Below, piece after piece: positions 33,271 to 43,769 of a stretch of DNA of 64,000 nt (position 1 is its first letter; each line of letters opens with the position of its first letter). A program made the translations under genes and the position numbers. This DNA is from Blastocladiella emersonii ATCC 22665 (Eukaryota > Fungi > Blastocladiomycota). Below the pieces are notes generated by a model. The model saw only the letters and a program-made list of their open reading frames with translations, was not told the DNA's origin and did no database searches. The stretch covers positions 1,798,001 through 1,862,000 of the forward strand of contig JANHCV010000006.1 in assembly GCA_025594325.1 (NCBI GenBank), in the 5' to 3' direction.

Positions 33271-33967
33271 GGCGGCGGGGTCGGGAGCTACGGGTGATCG
33301 CAGCGTGATGAGCCGAGGCAGCGCGACATGGCGATCATGGGGAGTACGAACCACGGTGATGGGGCGAGAGACGGTGCTCGCGAAGTTGGAGAGACGGGGC
33401 AGAGAGCGGTGCCCAGTCGCGCGGGTCGGGGAGTCGCCGGATCAGCCGAGTGCCAAGGCGACACGGAGCTATGCATGCACCGACGCGTCAGTCACGCAAA
33501 CCTCCCAAAGAGCACGGCGGTGAGGTGAGCCGACCATTCGAGGCACAGTTTGACGAGCAGTCGTGCGTGGATGCCGACAGGTGACGCGGAACCGAGCGTC
33601 GCGGGTTGGCGGGTCCGTTGAGTTTGCGCGCGTAGTGGTTGCGGGCAGGGCGACGGGGTGCAGTCGGTGGGTGTCGATACGTTGCAGGGAGTGACGGTCG
33701 GTGAAACTCGCAGGACCAGGGGCGGATCCGGGTGCAAGAGCGGGCGTGCGGGGTAGCGAGCGTGCCGAGGCCGGTGCGGCGCCCGCGGCGCGTCGGCGGC
33801 GGCGCGTAGCACGCGTTCCTCATGTGACGCGCCACCGCGCGTCTTCTTCTTGCGAGCGGCCAAGCCACCCTGCCGCTTTCCCTCTCCTCCCCTCCTTTCT
33901 CGCGCTCCCTCTCCCCTCCTGCGTGTGCCCGCAAATAAGCACCCACCCACCACGCCATTGCACAACA

Positions 33968-34726
33968 ATGCAGATCATCGACCCGCTGACGGGCAACCGC
34001 GTCACGTACAACGACGGCGACGCGCTGACGTGGGACCAGTGCGCGGCCATCGTGGCGGCCGGCGAGATTGGCAAGCTGAACCGCACCGACGCCGAGCTGC
34101 AGCGGTACCAGGCGTGGATGGCGTTCACGCAGCGCGCGTTCCCGACCGTCGAGGAGTACATCAAGAGCGTCGTGTTCACGGCGCCGTCGACCAAGGTGGA
34201 CGGCGACGGCGACGCGACGGCCGCGACCGCCACCGCCGAGAAGCCCAAGCTGGTGCTGCGCATGAACGACTTTCCCTACAACCTGGCGGACGGGATCGAG
34301 CACTGGGTGCTGTGGTCGACCGAGGGCGAGCTGGCTGCGCCGGCTCTGACGCGGGTCGTGCAGCACTGGCTGCTGGCGCAGGCCGCGGGCCGGTCGGTGC
34401 CGTCGCCGTTCCACCCGCCGCTGCACCTGATCGAGCCGCTGTCGCCCGCGTCGGCGGCGGTCGCGACGGCGATCCCGGCGCCCATCGTGCTGCCCGAGTG
34501 GACCTACTGGGTCAACCCGCCGCACCGCCAGACGATCCCGGGCATCTGGCACGCCCACATCCTCGTCCACCGCGCCTCGGTCCCCGCCAAGCGCCTCGCC
34601 ATCGACCCGGCGCTGTACCAGTGGGACGTGACCACGGCCGCCGCCGAGATTGCCGCCGTCAAGGCCGAGCGCGCCGCCGCTGCGGCTGCCGCCGCCGCGT
34701 CCGAGAGCAGCGAGGCCACGGCCTGA
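33968..34726 (+). CDS. DUF3605 family protein (GIG1-like, HIT-like fold)
   Basis: Motifs LNRT..LQRYQAW, NDFPYNLADGIEHWVLWS and WVNPPHRQTIPGIWHAHIL. Confidence 0.8.
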   Translation: MQIIDPLTGNRVTYNDGDALTWDQCAAIVAAGEIGKLNRTDAELQRYQAWMAFTQRAFPTVEEYIKSVVFTAPSTKVDGDGDATAATATAEKPKLVLRMNDFPYNLADGIEHWVLWSTEGELAAPALTRVVQHWLLAQAAGRSVPSPFHPPLHLIEPLSPASAAVATAIPAPIVLPEWTYWVNPPHRQTIPGIWHAHILVHRASVPAKRLAIDPALYQWDVTTAAAEIAAVKAERAAAAAAAAASESSEATA

Positions 34727-35013
34727 CTTTGATGATCTGCATTGCACCCACCACGTGTCGACGACGGATATACACTCTCGATTCCTGCACCCGCGCCGCG
34801 CCCGCGCATGAATTTTTGGGAGCTAAGCCGATGGCCATCGCGAAGACCGCCTGAGGTGGCGTCAGTTCCCTTGGTGGCGTGGCGGCCCGCTCAGCTGACG
34901 CGCGCGCTGCCCGTGTTCGTTCGCGTTCGCCCAGCCGCTCGCCACACCTCTCCTCTGCTTAAACGACGCGTCCCCTCTCTCCGCCACCACACTCACTGCA
35001 ACGTATCACCGCC

Positions 35014-36054
35014 ATGAGCTCGTCCGAAGGCTCCACCCCCGTCGCCGCCATGTCGGCCGCCGAGAAGCGCGCCGAGGCCCGCCGCCGCCGCCTCGCGCAG
35101 GCCGACGACCGCCTCGCCCGCATCAAGGCCCTGCAGACGGGCGAGGAGCTGCCGCCGCTCTCCGAGGTCCCTGTGTCCGACGCCGCTCTCGCTGCCGCCG
35201 CCGCCAAGGTCGACGTGCCGGCGCCCGCGCCTGTCCCCGTTGCCGCGGCGGCGCCTAAGCCGGTCGCCGCTGCGCTTGCTCCCGCTGCGGCTGCTCCGGT
35301 TCAGCGTTCCGGTACGGTCGCTTCGCGCGATCGCTCTGGGCTGCGTACCCTAACCCGCCTGCCGTGTAGTCCCCGCCGTCGCCGCTGCTGCGCCCACCAC
35401 CGCCGCGACCGTCCGCGCTCGCAAGTCGGCCGCCCCTACTCGCTCAACCCCCACTCCCGCCACCGCGACGCCGTTCATGTCGCCGCAGGAGCGCGCGGTG
35501 CTGGCGCAGCTGCAGGAGCGCGCGTACGCGGCGTCGACGCGGCGGTGGCGCGCCATCCACACGGTCGTGTCGATTGTGCTTGGCGTGGCGCTCTTCTTCT
35601 ACGTGCTGTGGGCCGCGGCCGAGCTGCACGTCGATGGCGAGGAGGTCATGGGGATGCTGCTGCACGGCTACGACGACGATATGCGGATTCCCGCCATGGT
35701 ACTCTTTCTCGCTGCTGCTGCTCGTTCGCCGGCGCAGGTCTAACGAGTCACCGCGTGTAGTCGGTTTTCTCCATCTTCCTCGGCGCCGAGGCGGCGCTGT
35801 ACGGCGCGCGGTACCTGCTCGACAAGCCGTCGTTCTCGCCGCCGACCAACGACCTGCTGAGCCAGGTCGGTCTCGGCATGGGCATGCCTGCAGCGGGCGG
35901 CGTGGCGGGGATCGCGACCACGGTGACCAACCTGTCGTACACGGCCGGGTGCGTCGCGTCGGACCTGTGCCACATGCTGGTCGTGTTCGGCGTGGGGATC
36001 GTGGCGTGCGCGTACTACGCGGGCGTGGTGACGCTTCCCTCTGACGACGCGTAA
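35014..36054 (+). CDS. Get2/CAML-like ER insertase subunit (GET pathway)
   Basis: Basic N-terminal motif AEKRAEARRRRLAQADDRLARI, a disordered linker and three C-terminal hydrophobic segments. Introns 35312..35369 and 35699..35760. Confidence 0.65.
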
Positions 36055-36124
36055 TCGGAGAGGCGAGGGAAGAGAGATTCATTTACATGTTTGTGGTCAC
36101 AATAGTACTAGTCATGCGAACCCG

Positions 36125-36933
36125 TCAGTCGGACCCCGTCAGCAGCGCCTCGACGGCGTCGGCCTCGCGGCCGCGCGCGGCCAGCAGGGCGCGGCCGACG
36201 CGCGACGGCGCGAAGCCCATTTCGCACAGCCGCCGCATCGCGCCGGCGTTGACGCTCATGCGGGCGGCGATCTCCTCGATGGACTCTTCGCGGGGCTTCG
36301 GGGCGCTGGCGGCCGAGGGCTCGGCCGGTTTTGGTGTCTTGGAGGAGCCGCCGGGCATGGCGTAGCACTCGGTCCACTGGCGCGCGGTCGCGTCAAAGTC
36401 GGCGCGGTCGCGGCGGTAGTGGCCGGCGACCATGGCGTCCTGCGGGTCGTCGGGCTCGGGCGACTCGAGCAGCTGCTGCACCGACAGCAGGGTCGTCGAC
36501 AGGTTGAGGACGGGGGTCCACTCGTTCTTGAGGATGTCGAGGCAGATGGCGCCCGACTGCGAGCTCACGTTCTACACCACCGCGTAGTTAGAGCCCGCAC
36601 CCGTGCCAGAGACACGAGCAGCGCGTACGGGATGGTAGACGCGCGTGATGAACTTGACCTCGGGCGGCGCGAACGGGTAGTTGGCGGGGATCTTGATCGA
36701 CAGGTCAAAGGTGCCGCCCTCGTACGGCGTCCCCGCGGGCCCGCAGATGGTGCCGCGCAGGTTGGCTACACGCTCGCGGGCATGAGCTTCTCATGCACGC
36801 CGCCCCACACGCGAAACACCGCAGGCGTACTCAGGTCGGCCGCGTCCAGCACCGTGATGGCGATGCGCGACCCGTCGTTGGCGGCGGCGCGCGCGGCCTC
36901 CTGGATCTCCTTTTGCAGACGACGCGTTGCCAT
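36125..36933 (-). CDS. UBC1: Ubiquitin-conjugating enzyme E2 with C-terminal UBA domain (Ubc1/UBE2K type)
   Basis: [21 protein letters not shown] and active-site [10 protein letters not shown], followed by [18 protein letters not shown]. Introns 36766..36830 and 36572..36628. Confidence 0.9.
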
Positions 36934-37484
36934 GACTTAATGTTATTGCGTGGTGTTGATGCGTTGCAGGTGTGCGGTTGCGCTTTGAGAAGAGAGTTCG
37001 GCGCGTCGGCGGCGGTGGCCATGGCGTGTCCGCGTGAGCTCGAGCTTGATGCGTCATGGCGCAGCGCGATGGCATCGACGGGCGGATCACGCGAGCGAGA
37101 GCGCCCCCGGCTCGGAAAAAGCCGGGGCGGGAATAGGAACGCCGCCGGAAGGGCAAGCCTCGGGCCTCGAGACAAGTTTTCTTGCTGGCCCGCGCCGCCG
37201 CCCGCGTAAAATTCGCCTCGCTGGCCGTTTCGCCCTTCATCACGAGGCCGGGGCCGAGCGCCTCTACGTCGCCCCAACCGTGTGCTCGGTCGCCGCCGTG
37301 AGCGAGCGTTCTCTCCTTCAACGAGAGAGAGCGAGTGCCCCTCGCGCGCCGGAGTTCAGTTCAGCAGTCGCGCCCACGCCGTCGCCGCGCCTTTCCGCCC
37401 GCGCCATCCCGCGCTTCTCCCTCTCTCTCTCCCCCTCGTCCCGTCCTGCCGCCCTGCACACTCGCTCGCTCGCTCCACCCTGCC

Positions 37485-38641
37485 ATGCAATCTTCTCCTG
37501 CCAGCCATGCACCCGCGCCACCAACGCCGACGGCCGTGAACCGCGCGTTGCCGCACCCGATCATGAACCTGAGCGTGTCCGAGGCCGAACCGCTGGCCGA
37601 GATCATGGCCGTGCACGACGTGGACCCGGCGCACGCTGCCGCCGACGACGCGGCCGCCGTCGCCACCTCGACGCTCGGCCTCGGCACCATGAACTTTATC
37701 GCCGGCACCTTTGGCGGGTTCGCCGGCGTGCTGGCCGGCCAGCCGTTCGATACCGTCAAGGTACTTGTCCTCACGACGACGAGGTTGCGGCCCTCGAACC
37801 CACCGCTGACCCCGCGTCGCATGAATAGGTCCGCCTCCAGGTGCAGGGCGCGGGCGAGACCAAGTACCGCGGGACGCTGCACTGTTTCGCGCGGATTGTG
37901 CGCGAGGAGTCGGTGTTCGGTCTGTTCAAGGGCATGTCGTCGCCGCTGGTCGGCGTGGCCATGGTGAACGCGCTGCTGTTCGGCGTGTACGGGACGCTGC
38001 TCGAGGCGCAGCTCGACCACGCGGGCGCGACGCCGACGCTGACGCAGATCTTCCTGGCCGGCAGCGGGTCAGGGCTCATCAACTCGATCATCTCGTGCCC
38101 AATGGAGCTCGCCAAGATCCGCGTGCAGAACCAGACCGACGCCGTGCACAGCGTGGTGCGCACGACCATGCCGCACTTCAAGTCGCCGCTGCACTGCCTG
38201 CGGTACCTGCACGCGACGCAGGGCGTGCGCGGCATGTTCCTGGGCATGGTCCCGACCATGGTGCGCGAGACGCCGAGCTACGGCACCTACTTTTTCGCCT
38301 ACGAGTTCCTGTGCCGCACGCTCGCGCGGTCCAACGGGCACACGGACGACCGCGGCGCCGAGGCCGCGCTGCGCCCGTGGCAGCTGATGCTCGCCGGCGG
38401 GCTGTCGGGGATCGCCGGGTGGATGTCCACGTACCCGGCCGACGTGCTCAAGACCAAGATCCAGTCGGCCGACCGCGGCACCTACAAGGGCATGTGGGAC
38501 TGCGCCAAGATCACGGTCCGCGCCGAGGGCATCACGGGCCTCTGGCGCGGGTCCATGGCCACCATCGTCCGCGCCTTCCCGACCAACGCCGCCACGTTCC
38601 TCGTCTGGCACCACGCCATGGAGGTGCTGCGCAAGGTCTAG
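37485..38641 (+). CDS. Mitochondrial carrier (SLC25A29/45, Ymc-like amino-acid or acylcarnitine carrier group)
   Basis: Three PxD/ExxK signatures (PFDTVK, PMELAK, PADVLK), plus RETPSYGTYF and RAFPTNAATF. Intron 37761..37828. Confidence 0.9.
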
Positions 38642-38898
38642 ATCTCGTTCTGTTGTCTCGTCATGTCTCCTCCCCACGCACTTGCTCCAACCCTTCTCCT
38701 AGTCTCGCTGATCTCTACCCCAAATCAACTGTCCTGGCTCGCTGTAGAACCAGTTTTGTCCTCTCTCACATCATGTCGTCGTGTCCCTGAGCTTCGCGAG
38801 AACGAACGTCGCGCACACACAGCGAAGAGGGAGGATCAAGCAACAAGCGCAAGTATATCAACTAAGAGGGAGGGGGACTATAGACACGGTGAAACGGC

Positions 38899-40452
38899 TT
38901 ACGAGAAGAGGCGCTTCTCGTACGAGTAGAGCGAGTGGACGCCGCCCTCGAGCTGGGCCGACGCGGACCGGCGCTCGAAGCGCACCGACCCGTCGCGGAC
39001 GCCGTCCTGCATGGCCTTGACGCTGCGCACGCCGATATCCTGGAGCCCGTGCTGGAGGCCAACCTGCAGGTACGGCACAAACTTGTACATGGACCCCTTG
39101 TCGAGCACGGCGCCCGTCACGCCCTGCGCCACCTTGATCTTGTCGCCCTCCGAGAAGTAGCGCTTGCCCGCGGCATCGCCCTTGTCCATGGCGTCGAGCG
39201 ACCCCATGCCGCGGTACTTCTTGAGCCGCTTGCCGTCGTGGTAGAAGTACTCGCCGGGCGACTCCGAGGTACCGGCAATGAGGCCGCCCATCATGACGGC
39301 CGAGGCACCGAGGGCGAGCGCCTTGGTGATGTGGCCGACGTACTGGATACCGCCATCGGCGATCACGGGGATCCCGTACTCGCGCGCCAGCGTCGCCACC
39401 TTGTACACGGCGGTGCCCTGGGGGCGGCCGACGGCCATCACCTCCTGCGTGATGCAGATCGAGCCCGAGCCCATACCGACGCGGAGCGCGTCAGCGCCGG
39501 CCTCGATGAGCGACTTGGCCTGCTCCATGGTCACCACGTTGCCGGCAATCACGTCGATCTTGCCCTTGTACGTCTCGCGGATGTGCTTGATCATCTCGAT
39601 CTGGAACGTCGAGTTGCCCTGCGACGAGTCGAGGACGACAATGTCGAGGCCGGCCTCGACCAGGGCGGCCAGGCGGACGCGGTCGTCGGGGCGGGTGCCG
39701 ACGGCCGCGGCGGCCAGCAGCTGCTTGGTGCCCTTGGTCTTGGACGCGTACGGGTACTCCTTGTTCTTGAGCAGGTCGGCGAGCGACATGAGCGCCACGA
39801 GGCGGTCCTCCTTGTCGACGATGGGGAGCTTGCCCTTCTTGCACCCCTGCAGGATGCGGTTGGCCTCGTCGAGCGACACGCCCTGGTTGGCGACAATGAG
39901 CTGGGTGCGCGGGGTCATGACCTCGGTCAGCGTGGTGGAGGCGGGGTCCTTGACGAACTGGATGTCGCGCGACGTGATGATGCCGAGCAGCTTGCCGCCG
40001 AGCTTGCCGTTGTCGGTGACGGGGACGCCCGAGAAGCCGTGCTTGGCCTTGATGGCCCACACGTCGGCGACCGTGGCCGAGGGCGCGAGCGTCACGGGGT
40101 CCGAGATGAAGCCGTTCTCGTACTTCTTGACCTTCTTGACCATGGCCACCTGCTCGGCGACCGTGCAGTTGTAGTGGATGACGCCGAGGCCGCCCGTCAG
40201 CGCCATGGCGATGGCCATGTCGGCCTCGGTGACCGTGTCCATGGGCGACGACAGGAACGGGAGCTTGATCTCGTGGTTGCGCGTCACGCGCACCGAGCAG
40301 TCGACAATGTCGGCGGGGAAGTCGATGAACCCGGGCAGGATCAGGAAGTCGTTGTACGTGAGGCCGCCCGACGTCGCAGAGTCGAAGAGCTGCTCGGCGT
40401 CGAGCCCGTCGCGCGGGAACGACTTGCCGCTGGCGGTGGTGATGGTCGACAT
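38899..40452 (-). CDS. IMPDH: Inosine-5'-monophosphate dehydrogenase
   Basis: [23 protein letters not shown] pair, catalytic [18 protein letters not shown] and C-terminal [15 protein letters not shown]. Intronless, 517 aa. Confidence 0.98.
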   Translation of the reverse strand: MSTITTASGKSFPRDGLDAEQLFDSATSGGLTYNDFLILPGFIDFPADIVDCSVRVTRNHEIKLPFLSSPMDTVTEADMAIAMALTGGLGVIHYNCTVAEQVAMVKKVKKYENGFISDPVTLAPSATVADVWAIKAKHGFSGVPVTDNGKLGGKLLGIITSRDIQFVKDPASTTLTEVMTPRTQLIVANQGVSLDEANRILQGCKKGKLPIVDKEDRLVALMSLADLLKNKEYPYASKTKGTKQLLAAAAVGTRPDDRVRLAALVEAGLDIVVLDSSQGNSTFQIEMIKHIRETYKGKIDVIAGNVVTMEQAKSLIEAGADALRVGMGSGSICITQEVMAVGRPQGTAVYKVATLAREYGIPVIADGGIQYVGHITKALALGASAVMMGGLIAGTSESPGEYFYHDGKRLKKYRGMGSLDAMDKGDAAGKRYFSEGDKIKVAQGVTGAVLDKGSMYKFVPYLQVGLQHGLQDIGVRSVKAMQDGVRDGSVRFERRSASAQLEGGVHSLYSYEKRLFS

Positions 40453-40732
40453 GGCTGGATAGAGGGCGGGAGCAACCGAACAGCGACGACGACGAGACGG
40501 GCGGGACGCAAGGTACGGGTCAACAAGCCGGGGGTTGTTGCCACAAGAGAAGAAGGGGTTCGAGGGGTCCCTTGCTGCTTTGTACGGCTCGCTTGGCTCC
40601 GCGCACGCGCAATCGCGGTCGCTCCCCTCCCTCCACGCTCGAACAGCAGCCGCGTCGAACTCACGTGGACCGTTTCCGGGCCCCATCGGATCATCTCGCC
40701 GGTTTCATCCGCCACGGAAATAGCCGGCTGAT

Positions 40733-40744
40733 ACGCGTCACGTG
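40733..40744. promoter_or_regulatory. Candidate ACGCGT (MCB-like) plus TCACGTG (Cbf1/USF-type E-box) upstream of IMPDH
   Basis: ACGCGTCACGTG about 280 nt upstream of the IMPDH ATG. TCACGTG also occurs at 3371, 23621 and 51698 in upstream regions. Short motifs, so chance cannot be excluded. Confidence 0.3.
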
Positions 40745-40820
40745 CGCGAGCCGCGCGAAAATGGAGTCAAGCCGACCGACCTTCGCGCTCTCTGCAAACC
40801 GTGCGTGCAAGCGGCACCAT

Positions 40821-40995
40821 CATGTATCATCGAGACGCGAGACTGCGTGCAGCACGTTGGTGGGACCCGCGTCCGCGATACCTGAGGTCGTGGGCCGCCG
40901 GGACGTGAGCTAGCGAACCGCTGTGGCAGCAGGGGACGAGTCAGCGCCGACATGTATCATCGAGACGCGAGTCTGCGTGCAGCGCGTCGGTGGGA
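40821..40995 (+). repeat. Two 45-bp direct repeats (40821..40865 and 40951..40995), 42/45 identical, 130-bp period
   Basis: Consensus CATGTATCATCGAGACGCGAG(A/T)CTGCGTGCAGC(A/G)CGT(T/C)GGTGGGA, read directly. Confidence 0.9.
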
Positions 40996-42193
40996 TTCGC
41001 AGCTGCGCCTGTGTGAAGGTCCTCGGGGTCGGTTGGGTCGTTAGAGGGCGAGCTGTCGCTGGTCCAGCGACAGCAGGGCGCCCGGCTCGTGTTCGGCGTC
41101 AGCAAAGCCGATCTCAGGCCGAGGAGAAGATGAAGCGGCTATCGACCGCGGCGAGGGTCGCCGTCACGTTCCTCCGCTCTCATACGCGTTCATCACGACT
41201 CTCTCATGACCATGGCCACGGCCACGGCCGCGTGCTGCGCATGAAGAGCGCGAGTTTCACGCGGCGCCGCCATTTCGAAGCGCTTGGGCGGAGCCTCCGC
41301 CTCTCGCCCACGTCGGACCATGATCCATCATCAGCTCGGAACGTTCGTTCCCGAAGCCGACCCGGTGCTTGCGGCGTCGCCTCGCTTCGCCACCCACCCG
41401 TTGCGCGCCGTGCCACCCCCGCGCACGCCATGCGTTGCAACGCAAGCTTGTCCGGAAGAACTGACGAAAATGGCTCACGCGCCGGTCAAAAGCTGTTTGG
41501 GCGTTGATGAACTGCGCGGACAAGATATGCGATGAAACCGTTGGGGACCGGGTTCCCCGCACCACTCGCGACGACGACGCTGCGGGGAGCGGAGAGCGCG
41601 AACGCCGCCCAGGGACCGTCGTGGCCACGATTCACCACGGTGGCCATGATCCACGATGAGGATGGTCGATGAGGAGGAGGGCGGACGCGTTTCCATGACG
41701 AGTTTGGCCAAGACGTGCTTGTGACGCTGCGGACACGCCAGCCTCGATGGTGTGCGTGTGCGAGCGTGGCGCGATCGCGCACTTTTCTGCGGGTCCGCGG
41801 CCGGCCGTTTGAGGCGCAACGCAAGGTGTGATGGATTTGCATCACAGCGACGCGTGCAAGCCGGGACCCACTGAACCTGAGATGCCACCCGTTCGGCCGG
41901 CTGCGACAGAAGCCACCGCCGCGTCGCCGCCCCGCTGTACTGCACGCTGACTCGCGTGCTTTTGCATCCCGGCCTGCACGGCTACATCAAACGAACGGAC
42001 CCCCTTGGCCTTGGCTCGCCTCTCTTACGCCCTTGACGCGGAGTTCTCGCTCCGCTCTCCCGCCCTCCCGCCATCTTCCGCATATCCGCTGCTGCGCTGC
42101 GTCGTGCTGGCACCCGCGTCGCCTCTCTCTCAACTCTGTCTATACCTGGGCCCTGCAGCGCAGCCGTCATCCCCCTCCGAGCGCGTGATAATC

Positions 42194-43729
42194 ATGATCC
42201 CATCACGCTCCGCGGCCGCGATCACGCTGGCCATCACGGCGCTCGTGTTCGTCCCGCTGGTCGTTATGGCCGCTCCCGCATCGGCAACAACACCCACGGC
42301 GTCCGCCGCCGCGGCCTCGAAGCCAACAGCCACGCCCGCACCCCCCGTCCGGCTCAACAAGTACGGCAACAACGAGTTCGAGGAGACGACGCTGACCGAG
42401 TATGCGTCGGTCGACCTCTTGATCGTCATGTGCATCAACCTCGCTCTGACGACGGGCATCGTGTTCACGGCGGCGCGCGCAGCGCTGCGCGCGCGGACCA
42501 TGTTCCACGTCGGCGTGCTGATCGCCGCGTCGCTGTTCCTGCTCAACGACATTTCGTACTTCGCGGTGCTCGCGGCGCACAAGGCGCCCAACGCGTTCGA
42601 GATCATCCGGGTGCTGACGCCGACCATGACGTCCGGGCTCGTGTCGGGGCTGAGCCTGCAGCGGTTCGTCGTGTTCGCGGCGACCTCGCACGCGCGGTGG
42701 TACACGCGCCGCGTGCGCCGCGCCCTGCTCGCCGTCAACTACCTCGTGCTCGTCGTCGCGCTGGCGCTGCTCGTGCAGTCGTACTTTGGCCTCGACCTGC
42801 GCCAGGAGGTGCCCGTCAACCCGATCCGCAAGATCACCATCACGGCCGCGCTCGCGTTCGATGTACTCACCGACCTGGTCGTCACGATCCTCATCTTCCG
42901 CATCGTGCTCAACATCCGCGCCGCGCTCGACTCGAGCGGCGCGTCCAACATGCCCTCGTCGTCGGCCAACACCAACACCAAGGCCTCGCTCGGCAGCAGC
43001 GGCCACGGTGGCAAGGTCAAGCGCCGCGTCAGCCCAGAGTACCGCGCAACGGTGCTCCGCGTGCTCATCGCCGTGGTCGCCATGCTCGTGACGAGCGCCA
43101 CGGGGATCCTCGTCTACTACGTGTCCGGCGGCATCGTCGGCGACATGATCGGCGCCGCGTTCGCCCGCATCTACGTGATCGCCGCCATGGCCGAATGGGT
43201 ACGCGTGCTCAGACGACATGTTGTGGAGTCCCTCACGCTGACGTCCGCGACGTGTTTCGTAGTACCTCGTCGTCGACATTGTCCGGAAACGCGGGCAGGG
43301 CTCGTCGGGCAACGGCTCGTCGAGCGGCGGCGGCGCGGGCACCTCGTACGCCGGCGCGTCCATGTCCGCGTACAACCACTCGACGCACGATCCGCGGTCG
43401 CAGAGTACGTTCTCTCGTCGCCTTCTACCACCTCATTTATCGCACTAACCGCCGTACGCCCGTCAGACTACTCGATGAAGCCCATCGCCACGACCTCGGG
43501 TGTCCCGCGCGCCGAGACCGTGGTCCCCGCGCTCCCACCGCCATCGCCAGCGTACGCGTCCCGCGACTACACCAACTCGCAGTCTCAGCCGCAGCAGTCC
43601 CAGGCGAGCTACTACGGCGGCGGCTACAACACCAGCAACACCAGCTACAACACGAGCTACACTGCGCCACCACGGCCGCAGCGTCCGCAGCAGCAGCAGG
43701 GCCGCGCAGCGAGCCAGGCGTACTTTTAG
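42194..43729 (+). CDS. Orphan seven-transmembrane receptor-like protein with signal peptide and Ser/Tyr/Gln-rich tail
   Basis: N-terminal hydrophobic signal, seven hydrophobic helices, LQRF at the end of TM3 and FDVLTD in TM5. Introns 43199..43262 and 43405..43466. Confidence 0.7.
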   Translation: MIPSRSAAAITLAITALVFVPLVVMAAPASATTPTASAAAASKPTATPAPPVRLNKYGNNEFEETTLTEYASVDLLIVMCINLALTTGIVFTAARAALRARTMFHVGVLIAASLFLLNDISYFAVLAAHKAPNAFEIIRVLTPTMTSGLVSGLSLQRFVVFAATSHARWYTRRVRRALLAVNYLVLVVALALLVQSYFGLDLRQEVPVNPIRKITITAALAFDVLTDLVVTILIFRIVLNIRAALDSSGASNMPSSSANTNTKASLGSSGHGGKVKRRVSPEYRATVLRVLIAVVAMLVTSATGILVYYVSGGIVGDMIGAAFARIYVIAAMAEWVRVLRRHVVESLTLTSATCFVVPRRRHCPETRAGLVGQRLVERRRRGHLVRRRVHVRVQPLDARSAVAEYVLSSPSTTSFIALTAVRPSDYSMKPIATTSGVPRAETVVPALPPPSPAYASRDYTNSQSQPQQSQASYYGGGYNTSNTSYNTSYTAPPRPQRPQQQQGRAASQAYF

Positions 43730-43769
43730 AGAAATCAATACACGGGAGATACATTCCATCAATCAATAA

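Noticed and set aside
38899-40452. IMPDH as a mycophenolate self-resistance gene in a biosynthetic cluster
   Set aside because: No PKS, NRPS or prenyltransferase is nearby, and it has the ordinary KYRGMGS tyrosine and housekeeping neighbours.
40996-42190. Short ORFs and the 14-bp palindrome TGCGTTGCAACGCA (41431..41444) in the IMPDH-7TM spacer
   Set aside because: No coding bias or motifs. The palindrome only partly resembles the dispersed element, so it was not counted as a copy.
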